Shown here: positions 53,628 to 63,542 of the stretch, one piece after another
How the letters are laid out: each line of letters starts with the position of its first letter
Numbering within the stretch: position 1 is the stretch's first letter
DNA from: Terriglobales bacterium
Lineage (GTDB): Bacteria; Acidobacteriota; Terriglobia; Terriglobales; Acidobacteriaceae
Length of the DNA: 64,000 nucleotides
Assembly (NCBI GenBank): GCA_035691825.1
Contig: DASSIO010000060.1
Span: forward strand, 52,325 to 116,324
Direction of reading: 5' to 3'
The notes under the pieces: model-generated
Told to the model about the DNA's origin: nothing
The model's database searches: none
Seen by the model: the letters and a program-made list of their open reading frames with translations, nothing else
Translations under genes and position numbers: made by a program

Positions 53628-56063
53628 CTAATCCTCTCTTAAGGTGACCGCTGGATCGATTCGGGCAACTCGCCTCGCGGGAATTACCGTTGCCAGTAGA
53701 GCGACGGCAAAGATCATGGCAGTGGCTGAAACTAATGTCCGAAGATCGAACACGCCCACTCCCCAGATAACACTTCGCATCGCGCGCAACGCCGCCGCAC
53801 ACATCAGCAGCCCGAGCACTACACCCGCAACTGATGCCGTTATGCCCAACCTGCCGACGTGCAGCATTGCCTTCCCGATCGTGGATCCCAGCGCCATGCG
53901 AATCCCGATCTCACTCGTTCTCTGGGACACAAGGTTCGCGACTAACCCAAAGATTCCGACCGCGCTCAATAACAACGCTAGCGATGCCATCGCGACCAGC
54001 AGGGCCACTTCGACGCGCTGCATGGCGAGGGTCGAAGCCATCCGGTCTTTCATGGCGAAGAACCCGGAAAATGGCAGGTTGGGATCCACCTCGGCCATCG
54101 CGCGCTGCATCCGCGCATTCAGCCCTTGCACCGGATGCGCCGTGCGGACGATCCAGCTTGGCTGGAAAAATCCATGCGCCAGCGCGAGAAGTTGACGGTC
54201 GATGACCTGCGCGGCAGGAGTATAGAAGGCTTGTTCGTCGGTGAGCGGCGCCGTACCGGAGCCACTGTAGGCCGTGGACAAAACCGTATCGGCCACCACT
54301 CCGACGATCATCTTGCCATTGAAATATCGTCCCAACGCGTCCGAGCCGTGGAACAGCATGCGTGCCAGCGTCTGGTTCACGATGGCGACCGGTTGTGTGT
54401 TAGGACCGTCGGAGTCCGTGAACAAGCGTCCGGCGAGCAGCGGGATCTGCAAGGTATTGAAGTAGCCGGGCGTGACAAAGATTTCCTGGCTCATGACGTG
54501 CTCGCCCGCCTCCTTGCTGTCGCTGACGGTGACGCCGTTCAGGAGCGAGCGCTCGTACGGCACGCCTAATCCATATGCGGCATCCTCCACGCCGGGAATC
54601 TGCTTGATATTCGCGATGCTTTCGTCGAGCAGCTTCCGGAACGCGGCGGGATCATGGTAACGAACGTTATCCAGCGACGCCTTGGCCAAGATGACGCCAT
54701 TCGGATTGAAGCCCGGCGCCATTGTCTCGAAGTGAATCAGCGTGCGAACCAGCAGCCCCGAAGCAGCCAGCAATACCATGGTCAGCGCCACTTCGCCTGC
54801 GATCAGCGCTTGCCGCACGCCCACGCTTCCGCCGCCAATCACGCTGCGGCTCGCCATCGCAGATCGCAGGTCGACCTTGCGTGTTGTCAGGGCAGGCAAC
54901 ATGCCGAACAATAAGCTCGTCGCCATCGACAAGACAAACGTGAATGCGAGCACGCGCAGATCAAGCGAAATAGTCGTGACCGGCAGCAAGTGTTCCGGCA
55001 GCAGAGCGAGCATGCTGCGCAAAGCTAGAAATCCAATCCCAATACCTACCGTACCGCCGATCATCGCCAGCAGCACATTCTCCAGCCAAACTTGCTTCTG
55101 TATTTGCCACGTTGATGCGCCCAGGGCCAGTCGGGTGGCAATTTCGCGTGTCCGGCGAAGCATGCGAACCAGAGTGAGCCCGGCCATGTTGCCGCACGCA
55201 ATCAGCAGGATGAATCCCGCCGCTAGCATGAGCGCGATCACCTGGGGACGCACGCCGGCTGTCTGCTCTGTCTGCAGCGGAACTGAATAGAAGTGATAGT
55301 TGTCTCCGGGATTGTTCTTGGCAAAGCGGCGCGCCCAGTCAGTGTTTGCCCACGCCCGATTGAGTTCCACGTCCGCCTGTTGCCAGTTAGCGCCATCGCG
55401 CAGGCGGGTTACGAGGTAGTAATTTGTGCCCGCTTGTCCTTCCGGAGCCGCGCGGCCCCCTTGCAACACCACGTATACATCCTCGCCCATCGGGGTGATC
55501 GCATCCTTCGGAAGGATTCCGGCAATCGTGTGCGGTTCCCCCTTCAGCAGGATCGATTGCCCGACCGCATGTGGGTCGTTCTGAAGAACGTTCTGCCATA
55601 CCGAATAGCTGATAATGACGGCTTTCGGCCCATGCGGCCGGTCCTCCTCCTCGGAAAAATTGCGTCCTATCAACGGCCGTATCGCGAGCACGTCGAAATA
55701 ATGAGCTGACACTCGGCCTGCGTGAACATACTGAAGATGCGATCCCGCCTGGAATGTCGAAGCCATGTCCGACGGCAGATAAATTGCCGGCATTAGCGAC
55801 GGGACCTGGTCCCGCAGGGTCTCCCACATCTCGCCATCGAGGCGCTCGCGGCCATCTTCCTCCGCACTCTTCGACCCTGTTACGCGCACGTAAACTGTGC
55901 CTATCCGATCCGGATGTTCATAGGGGAGCTGCTTCAGCAAGAGGGCGTTAAGCATCGAGAAGATGGCTGTGTTGGCCCCGATCGCCAAAGCCAGCGTAAC
56001 CACCATCGTGATCACAAATCCGGGGCTGCGCCGCAATTGCCGAACAGCTTTGAAATTCCTCAT
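53628..56063 (-). CDS. Duplicated FtsX/MacB-type permease (ADOP family)
   Basis: N-terminus LRRSPGFVITMVVTLALAIGANTAIFSM, and two MacB-periplasmic-core plus FtsX 4-TM modules in one polypeptide. ATG 56063 with GAGGA upstream is preferred over TTG 56099. Confidence 0.85.
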   Translation of the reverse strand: MRNFKAVRQLRRSPGFVITMVVTLALAIGANTAIFSMLNALLLKQLPYEHPDRIGTVYVRVTGSKSAEEDGRERLDGEMWETLRDQVPSLMPAIYLPSDMASTFQAGSHLQYVHAGRVSAHYFDVLAIRPLIGRNFSEEEDRPHGPKAVIISYSVWQNVLQNDPHAVGQSILLKGEPHTIAGILPKDAITPMGEDVYVVLQGGRAAPEGQAGTNYYLVTRLRDGANWQQADVELNRAWANTDWARRFAKNNPGDNYHFYSVPLQTEQTAGVRPQVIALMLAAGFILLIACGNMAGLTLVRMLRRTREIATRLALGASTWQIQKQVWLENVLLAMIGGTVGIGIGFLALRSMLALLPEHLLPVTTISLDLRVLAFTFVLSMATSLLFGMLPALTTRKVDLRSAMASRSVIGGGSVGVRQALIAGEVALTMVLLAASGLLVRTLIHFETMAPGFNPNGVILAKASLDNVRYHDPAAFRKLLDESIANIKQIPGVEDAAYGLGVPYERSLLNGVTVSDSKEAGEHVMSQEIFVTPGYFNTLQIPLLAGRLFTDSDGPNTQPVAIVNQTLARMLFHGSDALGRYFNGKMIVGVVADTVLSTAYSGSGTAPLTDEQAFYTPAAQVIDRQLLALAHGFFQPSWIVRTAHPVQGLNARMQRAMAEVDPNLPFSGFFAMKDRMASTLAMQRVEVALLVAMASLALLLSAVGIFGLVANLVSQRTSEIGIRMALGSTIGKAMLHVGRLGITASVAGVVLGLLMCAAALRAMRSVIWGVGVFDLRTLVSATAMIFAVALLATVIPARRVARIDPAVTLRED

Positions 56064-56482
56064 AGGGAGTTCCTCGCACGAGGTGTATGGGAAAGACAAA
56101 TGTCAGTTAGACGGGACAGAAAAAGGAACGTTACCGCTGCCGGCCGAGTAAGAAGCGGCATGAATCGAAGCGAAGAAGCCGATGGACTGAACTTGTTATT
56201 AAAACGCGCTCTGGCGGAACGGCCATCCGGCGGTTGCGGCCCGAATTGGTCCGGAGTCGAGGGATCTGCTTTTTGCCGCCGTCAACAAATGCCGCTTCGA
56301 GGCTTCCGGCTGCGAACTGCGTAGTCATGTGGTGCAGGGAACTGCTGTCCAGGCTTGTGCCTACGCCGAGTCGCGCCGCGCCCTCGGCTGTGCGGGATTC
56401 GCGCCCGAATCATACGGCTGCGTTCGGAATGTCAATTGCGGGGAGGGCAGAAACAGCAGAGCTTCGCTCACTGGTGCACAAC

Positions 56483-58264
56483 CTACTTTGTAATCATTGC
56501 TTCAGTAATGGGAGTGTGTGCGTGTTCGGCGCCCAGCGCCGGCAGTTCGATCCGGAACACCGCCCCGCCGTCAGGTTTGTTGTCGCAAAAAATCTTGCCG
56601 TTATGCTCCTGCACGATTCCGTACGAAGCACTCAGCCCAAGGCCAGCCCCATGGCCCACGGGTTTCGTCGTGTAGAAAGGATCGAACACGCGTTCTGGCT
56701 CGCGTGCTCCAGGTCCGCTGTCAGCAACTTCGAGCACCACGTGTTCATTCGCACAGCTCGTTCTAATAGTCAGATTTCCACCTCCAACTTCGGCCAGCGC
56801 CTGCACCGCATTGTTGAGAATGTGCAGACAGACCTGCAGGAGTTGATTGGAATCCCCCAGCACGGGCGGCAGGTTCTGCGCGAGCTCGGTATGCAGTTCG
56901 ATCTTTCGCTGATGAAATTGCGGCTGCACCAGCTTCACACCTGTCAGCGCCAGCGTACTCAAATCCAGCGGGCGTTTTTCACTGGGAACCTGGCGCGCGA
57001 AACTTAACAGGCTGGTGACCAGCGACTTGGTCCGCTGCACTTGCTGGGCGATCTTGTCCACCAGCGAGCGCTGCTGTGAGCTGAGGTTCGTGCCCGTCAG
57101 CAGCTCGGAGTAACCCATGATGGCGGTTAGCGGATTATTGATCTCGTGGGCCGCGCCGCCCACCAGCTGTCCCAGGGCCGCCATTTTCTCCGATTGCACC
57201 AATTGCGCCTGCAGGCGCTTGAGATCATCCACCGTGTCCTGGGAAGCCCGTAGCAGTTTCAAGAGCTCATGATCCAGGATGTACTGTTTGACCAGGACCA
57301 TGCTGCCCATCACCACAATTGTTCCCAGCGTCAGCAGCAGGCGAAACTGTCTGACTGCCGGAGGATCGATGCTGAACCACGTCCAGACAGCAAAGATTGG
57401 CAGAGACGAGGTTGCCACCATGCCCAGGCGGGCAACCCAGAATCGTTGTGAGCGAGCTCTCGGAACCTGTTCATGTTCCGATTGCGTTTCCTGAGCCCAC
57501 ACCCCGATCAGCGTGATCCAGGCCATGCACACCACCAGCGGAATGTCGTACACACTGCCCGCAAAATAGGCGTGCTTCTCGATCGCGTAATTGGCGACTG
57601 ACGAACTGATGGTATACAGAAACGTCACGCCGAACCATTGTGCGTGGATCATTCGCCTGGAACCCGAACTGCGCAGCCAAGCAATGGCAAAGCCCCCAAG
57701 CAAAACTATTTTTTCTGCCAGGTATAAAACGTCGAAATTGCGGTTGTACCAATGACTGTCGGGCGCGAAGTACTGCCAGGGAATGACCGCGAAAAGATAC
57801 AGAAACAGCCACCACATCTGCAGCAGCGCAAAGTCGACCCAGCCAAATTGGGTTCTGGCTTCCTGACGTTTGTGCTGCAGCTCAAGAACTACCGCCGCCA
57901 TCATCGGCACGAGGTGCAGAAAAACCAGAATGTCCCCTCCGTACAAGTCCGGTACGGCACTTCCGCACCAAATCTCGCGGTAGAACCACAGCAGATGGTA
58001 GGAAAGCCAAATCAGGATTCCCGCTTCTATTAACAGCCAGAACCACCAACTCCGCCCCCGGCTGGAATTTATGTTGGGCAGCAGCGCAAGCGCGCCGGAG
58101 GTCAGAAGCAGAATCTGCGAGACATCGGCGAAGGCGGCCAGCGCAAAACCGCGGGGAAGCAGCGCCATGCCGAGCGGTTGGGCCGCTGTTAGGCAGCCGA
58201 TCGCAAGGAGCCAGTATTTTGAACGTCTTGACAACACACGTCCTCGCCGCAATTGTAGCGACAC
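56483..58264 (-). CDS. Membrane sensor histidine kinase (HisKA type)
   Basis: At least 8 TM helices and a coiled coil. H-box HEINNPLTAI and ATPase boxes LNNAVQA, DSGPG, GHGAGLGLS. Confidence 0.85.
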   Translation of the reverse strand: MSLQLRRGRVLSRRSKYWLLAIGCLTAAQPLGMALLPRGFALAAFADVSQILLLTSGALALLPNINSSRGRSWWFWLLIEAGILIWLSYHLLWFYREIWCGSAVPDLYGGDILVFLHLVPMMAAVVLELQHKRQEARTQFGWVDFALLQMWWLFLYLFAVIPWQYFAPDSHWYNRNFDVLYLAEKIVLLGGFAIAWLRSSGSRRMIHAQWFGVTFLYTISSSVANYAIEKHAYFAGSVYDIPLVVCMAWITLIGVWAQETQSEHEQVPRARSQRFWVARLGMVATSSLPIFAVWTWFSIDPPAVRQFRLLLTLGTIVVMGSMVLVKQYILDHELLKLLRASQDTVDDLKRLQAQLVQSEKMAALGQLVGGAAHEINNPLTAIMGYSELLTGTNLSSQQRSLVDKIAQQVQRTKSLVTSLLSFARQVPSEKRPLDLSTLALTGVKLVQPQFHQRKIELHTELAQNLPPVLGDSNQLLQVCLHILNNAVQALAEVGGGNLTIRTSCANEHVVLEVADSGPGAREPERVFDPFYTTKPVGHGAGLGLSASYGIVQEHNGKIFCDNKPDGGAVFRIELPALGAEHAHTPITEAMITK

Positions 58265-58424
58265 AGATCATGACGAGCGAGGTACTTTGGTAACACCCTG
58301 CGGTACTGTTTCTTCCGCTGCCGCTTGCTCGCCAAGGGGCGCACCCTGGAACTTTCGCTTGCTCTTTCCGGAGTAATTTCAATACTATCCGTGTGTACCG
58401 CAATCTCTCGGCGGTAGTATTCGC

Positions 58425-60218
58425 TTGTCCCTTCTAACTAATCGGCATCGCTTCCTTTGGAGACTTCGCGCCCCGGTCGGTCCCGATGAAATCCGTCGTG
58501 TGGAACGCTGGCTGGCCACCGCCAGGGTGTTTTTGGCGACTTCCGCGCTCGTCGCCATATGGCTCGACCCAAGCGAACTGACTTCCAGATCCATCGTGCC
58601 GTACTGGTTGCTGCGGGTCTTCATCGCCCACAGCGTTGTCGTCATGGTTCTGCTTCGCTGGCGCCGGGAATCCACCCCTTCGTTTCGTTTCATTGTCCAC
58701 GCCATCGATGTTTTATGGCCCGCGATTATTTCCATCTACGCTACGGGTCAGCGCAGCCCTTTCTTCCTATTTTTCGTATTCGTAATGCTGGCCGCCGCTT
58801 ACCGCTGGGGATTATGGGAGACGGTGAGCACCTCCGTGGCAGCCGTTGCGCTGCTGTGGACCGAGTGGCTCATCTTTTTCCGTTTCGGCTTGCACCCGGT
58901 GGGAGCCGTCATCTCCGACTTTTCGCCAAGACGCTTGTTCATGCGCTCCGTGCTCTTGGTCATTACGGGTTTGTTGCTGGGCTATCTGGCGGAACAGCAG
59001 AAGCAGCTGCGGGCGGAAAAGGCTGTCATTGCCCGTGTGCTCGGACGGGCCCGCGTCGATATTGGCTTGTCAGGAACTTTGCGCGACGTCCTGCAGGAGC
59101 TGATAACCACCTTTGGTGCAAAGTCGGCGTTGGTTGCCAGTCAGGATGCGAACAGCCTGCGTGTCTTCGTCGGTCAGGTAGACGCTGCATCGGCTTCCAA
59201 TGGAAAATTGCAATGGCTTGATCCCAGCCCAGCCGATCGAGACCTTTACCTCTCGGAAATACCCGAAGACGCCTTTTATGCCGAGCGAACCCGGCGCGCC
59301 AAGGGAGTGCAAATCATTGGTACGGCCAAGGACGGAAAAATTACCACGAGCCGCTCATCCAGCTTCGCGCACCGACTCGCGGGGGCGTACCCCTTTCGTT
59401 CCGTCGCCTCGGTCTCGTTCAGTTTTGGCCGCGAGTGGTGGGGGCGCTTGTTTTTGCTGGATCCGATGTTGACCGGCGACCCGGTCGAAGAACTGCGTTT
59501 TCTTCAGGAACTTGTGCGTCAGATCGGTCCGGCAGTTTACAACGTCTTTCTGCTGCGGCGTTTACGCTTGCGCGCTGGAGCTGTGGAGCGCGCCCGCGTA
59601 GCCCGCGAACTGCATGATGGGGCCGTACAGTCGCTCATCGCCATGGAGATGCAGGTCGATGTCCTGCGCCGCAAACCTGGTCTCATGCCGGAGCGCATCC
59701 CCGAGGAGCTCGCCCGCATTCAAGGGTTGCTGCGGGAAGAAGTGCTCAAGCTTCGCGAGCTGATGCAGGAGATGAAATCCATCGAAGTGGATGCCAACAA
59801 ATTGCCCGCTTTCGTCAGTGATACAGTCGAACGGTTCCAACGCGAGACTGGTATCTCTGCGCGCTTCATTTTCGACGTACCCCCGCTAGGCATGCCTCAG
59901 CGGGTCTGCAGGGAAGTTGCGCGCATCGTTCAGGAAGCTTTGGTCAACGTGCGTAAGCACAGCAAGGCGCGTCAGGTCCTGGTCCGCCTGGATGCAAACC
60001 ATAAATGCTGGAAGCTGATGATTGAAGACGATGGGCGTGGCTTTGATTTCTCGGGCAGGCTTTCGCAAACGGAACTGGATGCGGAACGCAAGGGTCCCCT
60101 GGTCATAAAAGAGCGCGTGCGTTTGATTGATGGCGAACTCACGATAGAATCGAATCCTGGCCGCGGTTCACGCCTGGAGATCACGGTGCCTCAAGAACGG
60201 GAGGCTGCCCATGGATAA
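58425..60218 (+). CDS. Membrane sensor histidine kinase (HisKA_3/NarX-DegS type) with GAF-like middle domain
   Basis: N-terminal TM bundle, H-box ARELHDGAVQSL and HATPase (IEDDGRGF). TTG start. 8-nt overlap with the response regulator. Confidence 0.85.
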   Translation: MSLLTNRHRFLWRLRAPVGPDEIRRVERWLATARVFLATSALVAIWLDPSELTSRSIVPYWLLRVFIAHSVVVMVLLRWRRESTPSFRFIVHAIDVLWPAIISIYATGQRSPFFLFFVFVMLAAAYRWGLWETVSTSVAAVALLWTEWLIFFRFGLHPVGAVISDFSPRRLFMRSVLLVITGLLLGYLAEQQKQLRAEKAVIARVLGRARVDIGLSGTLRDVLQELITTFGAKSALVASQDANSLRVFVGQVDAASASNGKLQWLDPSPADRDLYLSEIPEDAFYAERTRRAKGVQIIGTAKDGKITTSRSSSFAHRLAGAYPFRSVASVSFSFGREWWGRLFLLDPMLTGDPVEELRFLQELVRQIGPAVYNVFLLRRLRLRAGAVERARVARELHDGAVQSLIAMEMQVDVLRRKPGLMPERIPEELARIQGLLREEVLKLRELMQEMKSIEVDANKLPAFVSDTVERFQRETGISARFIFDVPPLGMPQRVCREVARIVQEALVNVRKHSKARQVLVRLDANHKCWKLMIEDDGRGFDFSGRLSQTELDAERKGPLVIKERVRLIDGELTIESNPGRGSRLEITVPQEREAAHG

Positions 60219-60894
60219 GGGCCGGCAAAACATACAGCTTGTCATCGCCGATGACCATCCCATTTTTCGCGACGGCCTGCGCCGGCTGCTGGAAGCGGAA
60301 CCCGACATGAAAGTCATTGGCGAAGCACGGGACGGCGCCGAAGCCGTGAAGCTCACCCGCCAGTTAAAGCCCGACATTCTGCTGCTGGACTTGGCTATGC
60401 CCAAACACCCCGGCTTGGAAGCTTTGCGCGAGCTCAGCAGCGGTAGCCCTGATTCAGTCCGCGTCATTTTGCTGACTGCCGCCGCCGAGAAGGGCCAGAT
60501 CGTCGAAGCTTTGCAGTTCGGCGCCAGGGGAGTCGTTCTCAAAGATTCCGCTACCCAGCTTCTGCTGAAAGCCATTCACGCGGTTATGGCTGGAGAATAC
60601 TGGGTAGGCCGCGAGAGTGTCTCCAACCTTGTGCAATATCTGCGCACGCTGGTCCAGGCTTCCGATGACTCCGCCCGCAAGAAGAAGTTTGGCCTGACCC
60701 CGCGCGAACTGGAGATCGTTTCCGCCGTGGTAGCCGGGTTTGCCAATAAGGAAATCGCTGAATACTTCAAGATTAGCGAGGATACCGTCAAGCACCACTT
60801 GAGCAACATTTTCGACAAGCTTGGCGTCTCTACCCGTCTTGAGCTGGCGCTCTTTGCCGTGAATCAGGCCCTGCCACTGGTCAACATTACCTAG
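60211..60894 (+). CDS. NarL/FixJ-family response regulator (REC + LuxR HTH)
   Basis: VIADDHPIFR...LLLDLAMP receiver domain. LTPRELEIVSAVVAGFANKEIAEYFKISEDTVKHHLSNIFDKLGV. Confidence 0.9.
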   Translation: MDKGRQNIQLVIADDHPIFRDGLRRLLEAEPDMKVIGEARDGAEAVKLTRQLKPDILLLDLAMPKHPGLEALRELSSGSPDSVRVILLTAAAEKGQIVEALQFGARGVVLKDSATQLLLKAIHAVMAGEYWVGRESVSNLVQYLRTLVQASDDSARKKKFGLTPRELEIVSAVVAGFANKEIAEYFKISEDTVKHHLSNIFDKLGVSTRLELALFAVNQALPLVNIT

Positions 60895-60920
60895 CAAAAT
60901 CCCAAATTGGGAAAGGGAAA

Positions 60921-60942
60921 ATATGGCACTTTCGTGCCATAT
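60921..60942. promoter_or_regulatory. Perfect palindrome ATATGGCAC-TTTC-GTGCCATAT between the response regulator and flp
   Basis: 9-bp perfect arms, 27 nt after the regulator stop and 130 nt before the flp start. It could be an operator or an RNA hairpin. There is no U-tract. Confidence 0.35.
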
Positions 60943-61072
60943 CGGACCACTTCCGGGCTATTGGTCAGCCTTGTACCGGAAAATACCATATCTGCATAGC
61001 AGGCCAAAGCTCCGACGGCGGACATTGCAAACCAGCAGGTTCGCGAAAATAGGGGCTAAGAGGAGATTTATC

Positions 61073-61237
61073 GTGGCAGCTCTGCTGCATCATTTATGGT
61101 CGGATGAGCGGGGGCAGGACATTGCCGAATACGCCGTCATGCTGGCCGTTATTCTTGTCATCGTTATCGGCACCGTTCGGCTCATCGGCACCAACGCCAA
61201 TACCGTCTTTTCTCAAGTTGGCAGCGCCATCCAATAA
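61073..61237 (+). CDS. flp: Flp-family type IVb pilin
   Basis: GTG 61073 with AAGAGGAG about 8 nt upstream. Flp motif GQDIAEYAVMLAVILVIVIG. 54 aa. Confidence 0.75.
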   Translation: MAALLHHLWSDERGQDIAEYAVMLAVILVIVIGTVRLIGTNANTVFSQVGSAIQ

Positions 61238-61321
61238 GCCAGGACAACGGCTATACTGGCCTACCATTTCTATATTCGTGTGTCTAGACGGGAAACATCT
61301 ACCGCTTTTTAGCGGTAAGCT

Positions 61322-62680
61322 CTAGCAGCGAACAAGGTTGTCTGCCTGCAATCCTTTTGTGGCATTGCGCGTATCGACTACGAGTTGCGACTCCCGCACA
61401 ATTTTCTTGTAGTCATAATCGGAATGATCGGTCACGATCAGTACACAATCGTATTGGCCAAAATTCCCCAGTTCGGCGCGTTTCATCTGCAGGTCGTATT
61501 TCCTCCCTCTGCCAATGAAGGGGAAATACGGGTCATGGTATGAGACTTTGGCGCCTTCTTTCTGCAGCAACTCGATAATGGTCAGCGACGGTGACTCCCG
61601 CAGATCGTCGATGTCCTTCTTGTAGGCCACCCCCAGGACCAGCACGTTGGCGCCGTTAAGCGCCTTCTTTTGCCGGTTAAGCGCGTTGATCACTGCGGAA
61701 ATCACGTGATAGGGCATGGCGACGTTAACTTCGCCAGCCAACTCGATGAACTTGGTGCGGAAATCGAACTCCTTCGCCTTCCAGGAAAGATAAAAAGGAT
61801 CGACCGGAATGCAGTGGCCGCCCAACCCCGGCCCAGGATAAAACGGCTGGAAGCCGAACGGCTTGGTCGCTGCAGCATCGATAACTTCCCAGATATCCAG
61901 TCCCATGCGCAGGGAAAGCAGTTTCAACTCATTCACCAGCGCGATATTGACGCAGCGGTAGATGTTCTCCAGCAGTTTGGTCATCTCTGCCGCTGCGGGT
62001 GATGACACTCGGACCACACGATTGAAAATCGATCCGTATAACGCAGCCGCGAGTTCGGCAGCTTGCGGGTCCAGGCCGCCCACCACTTTCGGTATATCGC
62101 GCCGCGCAATGCTCGTATTCCCGGGATCCTCACGTTCTGGGGAGAACGCCACGAAGAACTCGTGCCCGGTGCTGTCCCCTCCACGCGCGGCTTTGAGTCC
62201 CCCACGGTTCTTCTTCTCCAGAATCGGAATCATCACCTCTTCTGTGGTGCCGGGATACGTCGTGCTTTCCAGGATGATCAGTTGCCCGCTACGCAGGTTT
62301 GGGGCGATCGCCTCGGCGGTCGCGGTAATGTAACTGAGGTCAGGCTCATGGTATTCGTTCAGCGGAGTGGGAACGCAGATGATGACCGCATCCATTTCGG
62401 TCACCCGCGAGTAGTCGGCTGTGGCGGAGAAACCATGGGCGACCGCATCCTTGATCTCATTGACTTCAATGCGGTAGATGTACGAGCCACCCTGATTCAG
62501 GGTCTCGACTTTTCGAGTGTCGATATCGAAGCCGGTTACGGGGAAACTTTGCCCCACATACAGCAGCGCCAAGGGCAAGCCGACATAACCCATGCCGATA
62601 ATGCCTACCTTGGCCTGGCGAGCTTCGATTTTTTGCTTCAATTCAGCGGACAACGCGGATAGAACAGCTCTAGTAGTCAT
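61322..62680 (-). CDS. Nucleotide-sugar dehydrogenase (UDP-N-acetylhexosamine dehydrogenase-like)
   Basis: VGIIGMGYVGLPLA Rossmann motif and catalytic Cys in GLGGHCIPVDP. UDPG/GDP-Man dehydrogenase three-domain length. Confidence 0.85.
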   Translation of the reverse strand: MTTRAVLSALSAELKQKIEARQAKVGIIGMGYVGLPLALLYVGQSFPVTGFDIDTRKVETLNQGGSYIYRIEVNEIKDAVAHGFSATADYSRVTEMDAVIICVPTPLNEYHEPDLSYITATAEAIAPNLRSGQLIILESTTYPGTTEEVMIPILEKKNRGGLKAARGGDSTGHEFFVAFSPEREDPGNTSIARRDIPKVVGGLDPQAAELAAALYGSIFNRVVRVSSPAAAEMTKLLENIYRCVNIALVNELKLLSLRMGLDIWEVIDAAATKPFGFQPFYPGPGLGGHCIPVDPFYLSWKAKEFDFRTKFIELAGEVNVAMPYHVISAVINALNRQKKALNGANVLVLGVAYKKDIDDLRESPSLTIIELLQKEGAKVSYHDPYFPFIGRGRKYDLQMKRAELGNFGQYDCVLIVTDHSDYDYKKIVRESQLVVDTRNATKGLQADNLVRC

Positions 62681-62882
62681 AATTTTGCGGGGGCAGAAAC
62701 AGGGATTTTAGCATGTTGCCCGAGACTCTTCAGGCACACCCAAGAAGCGAGGTGCAGTCCAAGGGCCATACTGAGATTGCCTATAAATACTTGTGATGTA
62801 AAGAAAAACTGGCCTTGCGGGACTTCGGGCCGGGCTGCCTGTGCAATGAGTTTGCACCGACAGGTGAACAGCGAAAGGTCTC

Positions 62883-63455
62883 ATGAAATTTCGAATTACC
62901 GTTATTTTCTTACTCTTGCTCGCCGCCTTCTTGCTGCTGGCAGGACGTCTTCTGGTTGTCGACGATCCGCAGCGGGCGAACGTCATCGTGGTCCTCGCAG
63001 GAGAAACCCAGTACCGACCACAAAAAGGGGTCCACCTGTTGGACCAGGGCTATGGATCGAAGCTCGTGCTAGATGTGCCCGCGCACGAGCAGGTCTTCAA
63101 TACTAGCGTCGAGGAGATTGCCCGCCGCTGGGCAGCCGCCTTGCCCCGCTCCAACGACATAGTCCTCTGCCCCATTCACGGCTTCTCCACCCGGGACGAG
63201 GCCCGAGAAGCAGCGCAGTGTATGGCTCCATTTTCTTCCGGCAGCGTGCTCCTGGTTACGTCCGATTTCCACAGCCGGCGTGCCTTAAGCACTTTCGAAA
63301 AAGAGTTCCGCGATAAGCAATTCAGCATGGCCGCCGCTTATGATCCCGTCCACTTCGGAATGGCCTGGTGGCGGAATCGAGAATGGGCGAAAACCTGCTT
63401 TTATGAGTGGCTGCGGCTGGCTTGGTGGGAAGCGGTCGATCGCTGGCGGGAGTAA
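62883..63455 (+). CDS. YdcF/DUF218-family protein
   Basis: N-terminal TM/signal, VIVVLAGE, and LLVTSDFHSRRA motifs. Confidence 0.7.
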   Translation: MKFRITVIFLLLLAAFLLLAGRLLVVDDPQRANVIVVLAGETQYRPQKGVHLLDQGYGSKLVLDVPAHEQVFNTSVEEIARRWAAALPRSNDIVLCPIHGFSTRDEAREAAQCMAPFSSGSVLLVTSDFHSRRALSTFEKEFRDKQFSMAAAYDPVHFGMAWWRNREWAKTCFYEWLRLAWWEAVDRWRE

Positions 63456-63542
63456 TCAGGAAGGTAAGCCCCTCTAAACCGGCGTTGACGGTCCGGCATG
63501 CGCATACTACGCTGCCCTCAAGACAGAGAATCTGGATTCCCG

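Noticed and set aside
60921-60942. TGGCAC...GC within the palindrome as a sigma-54 (-24/-12) promoter for flp.
   Set aside because: The GG-to-GC spacing is 9 nt rather than the canonical 10, and no TTGC -12 element is present. It is kept only as a generic palindrome.
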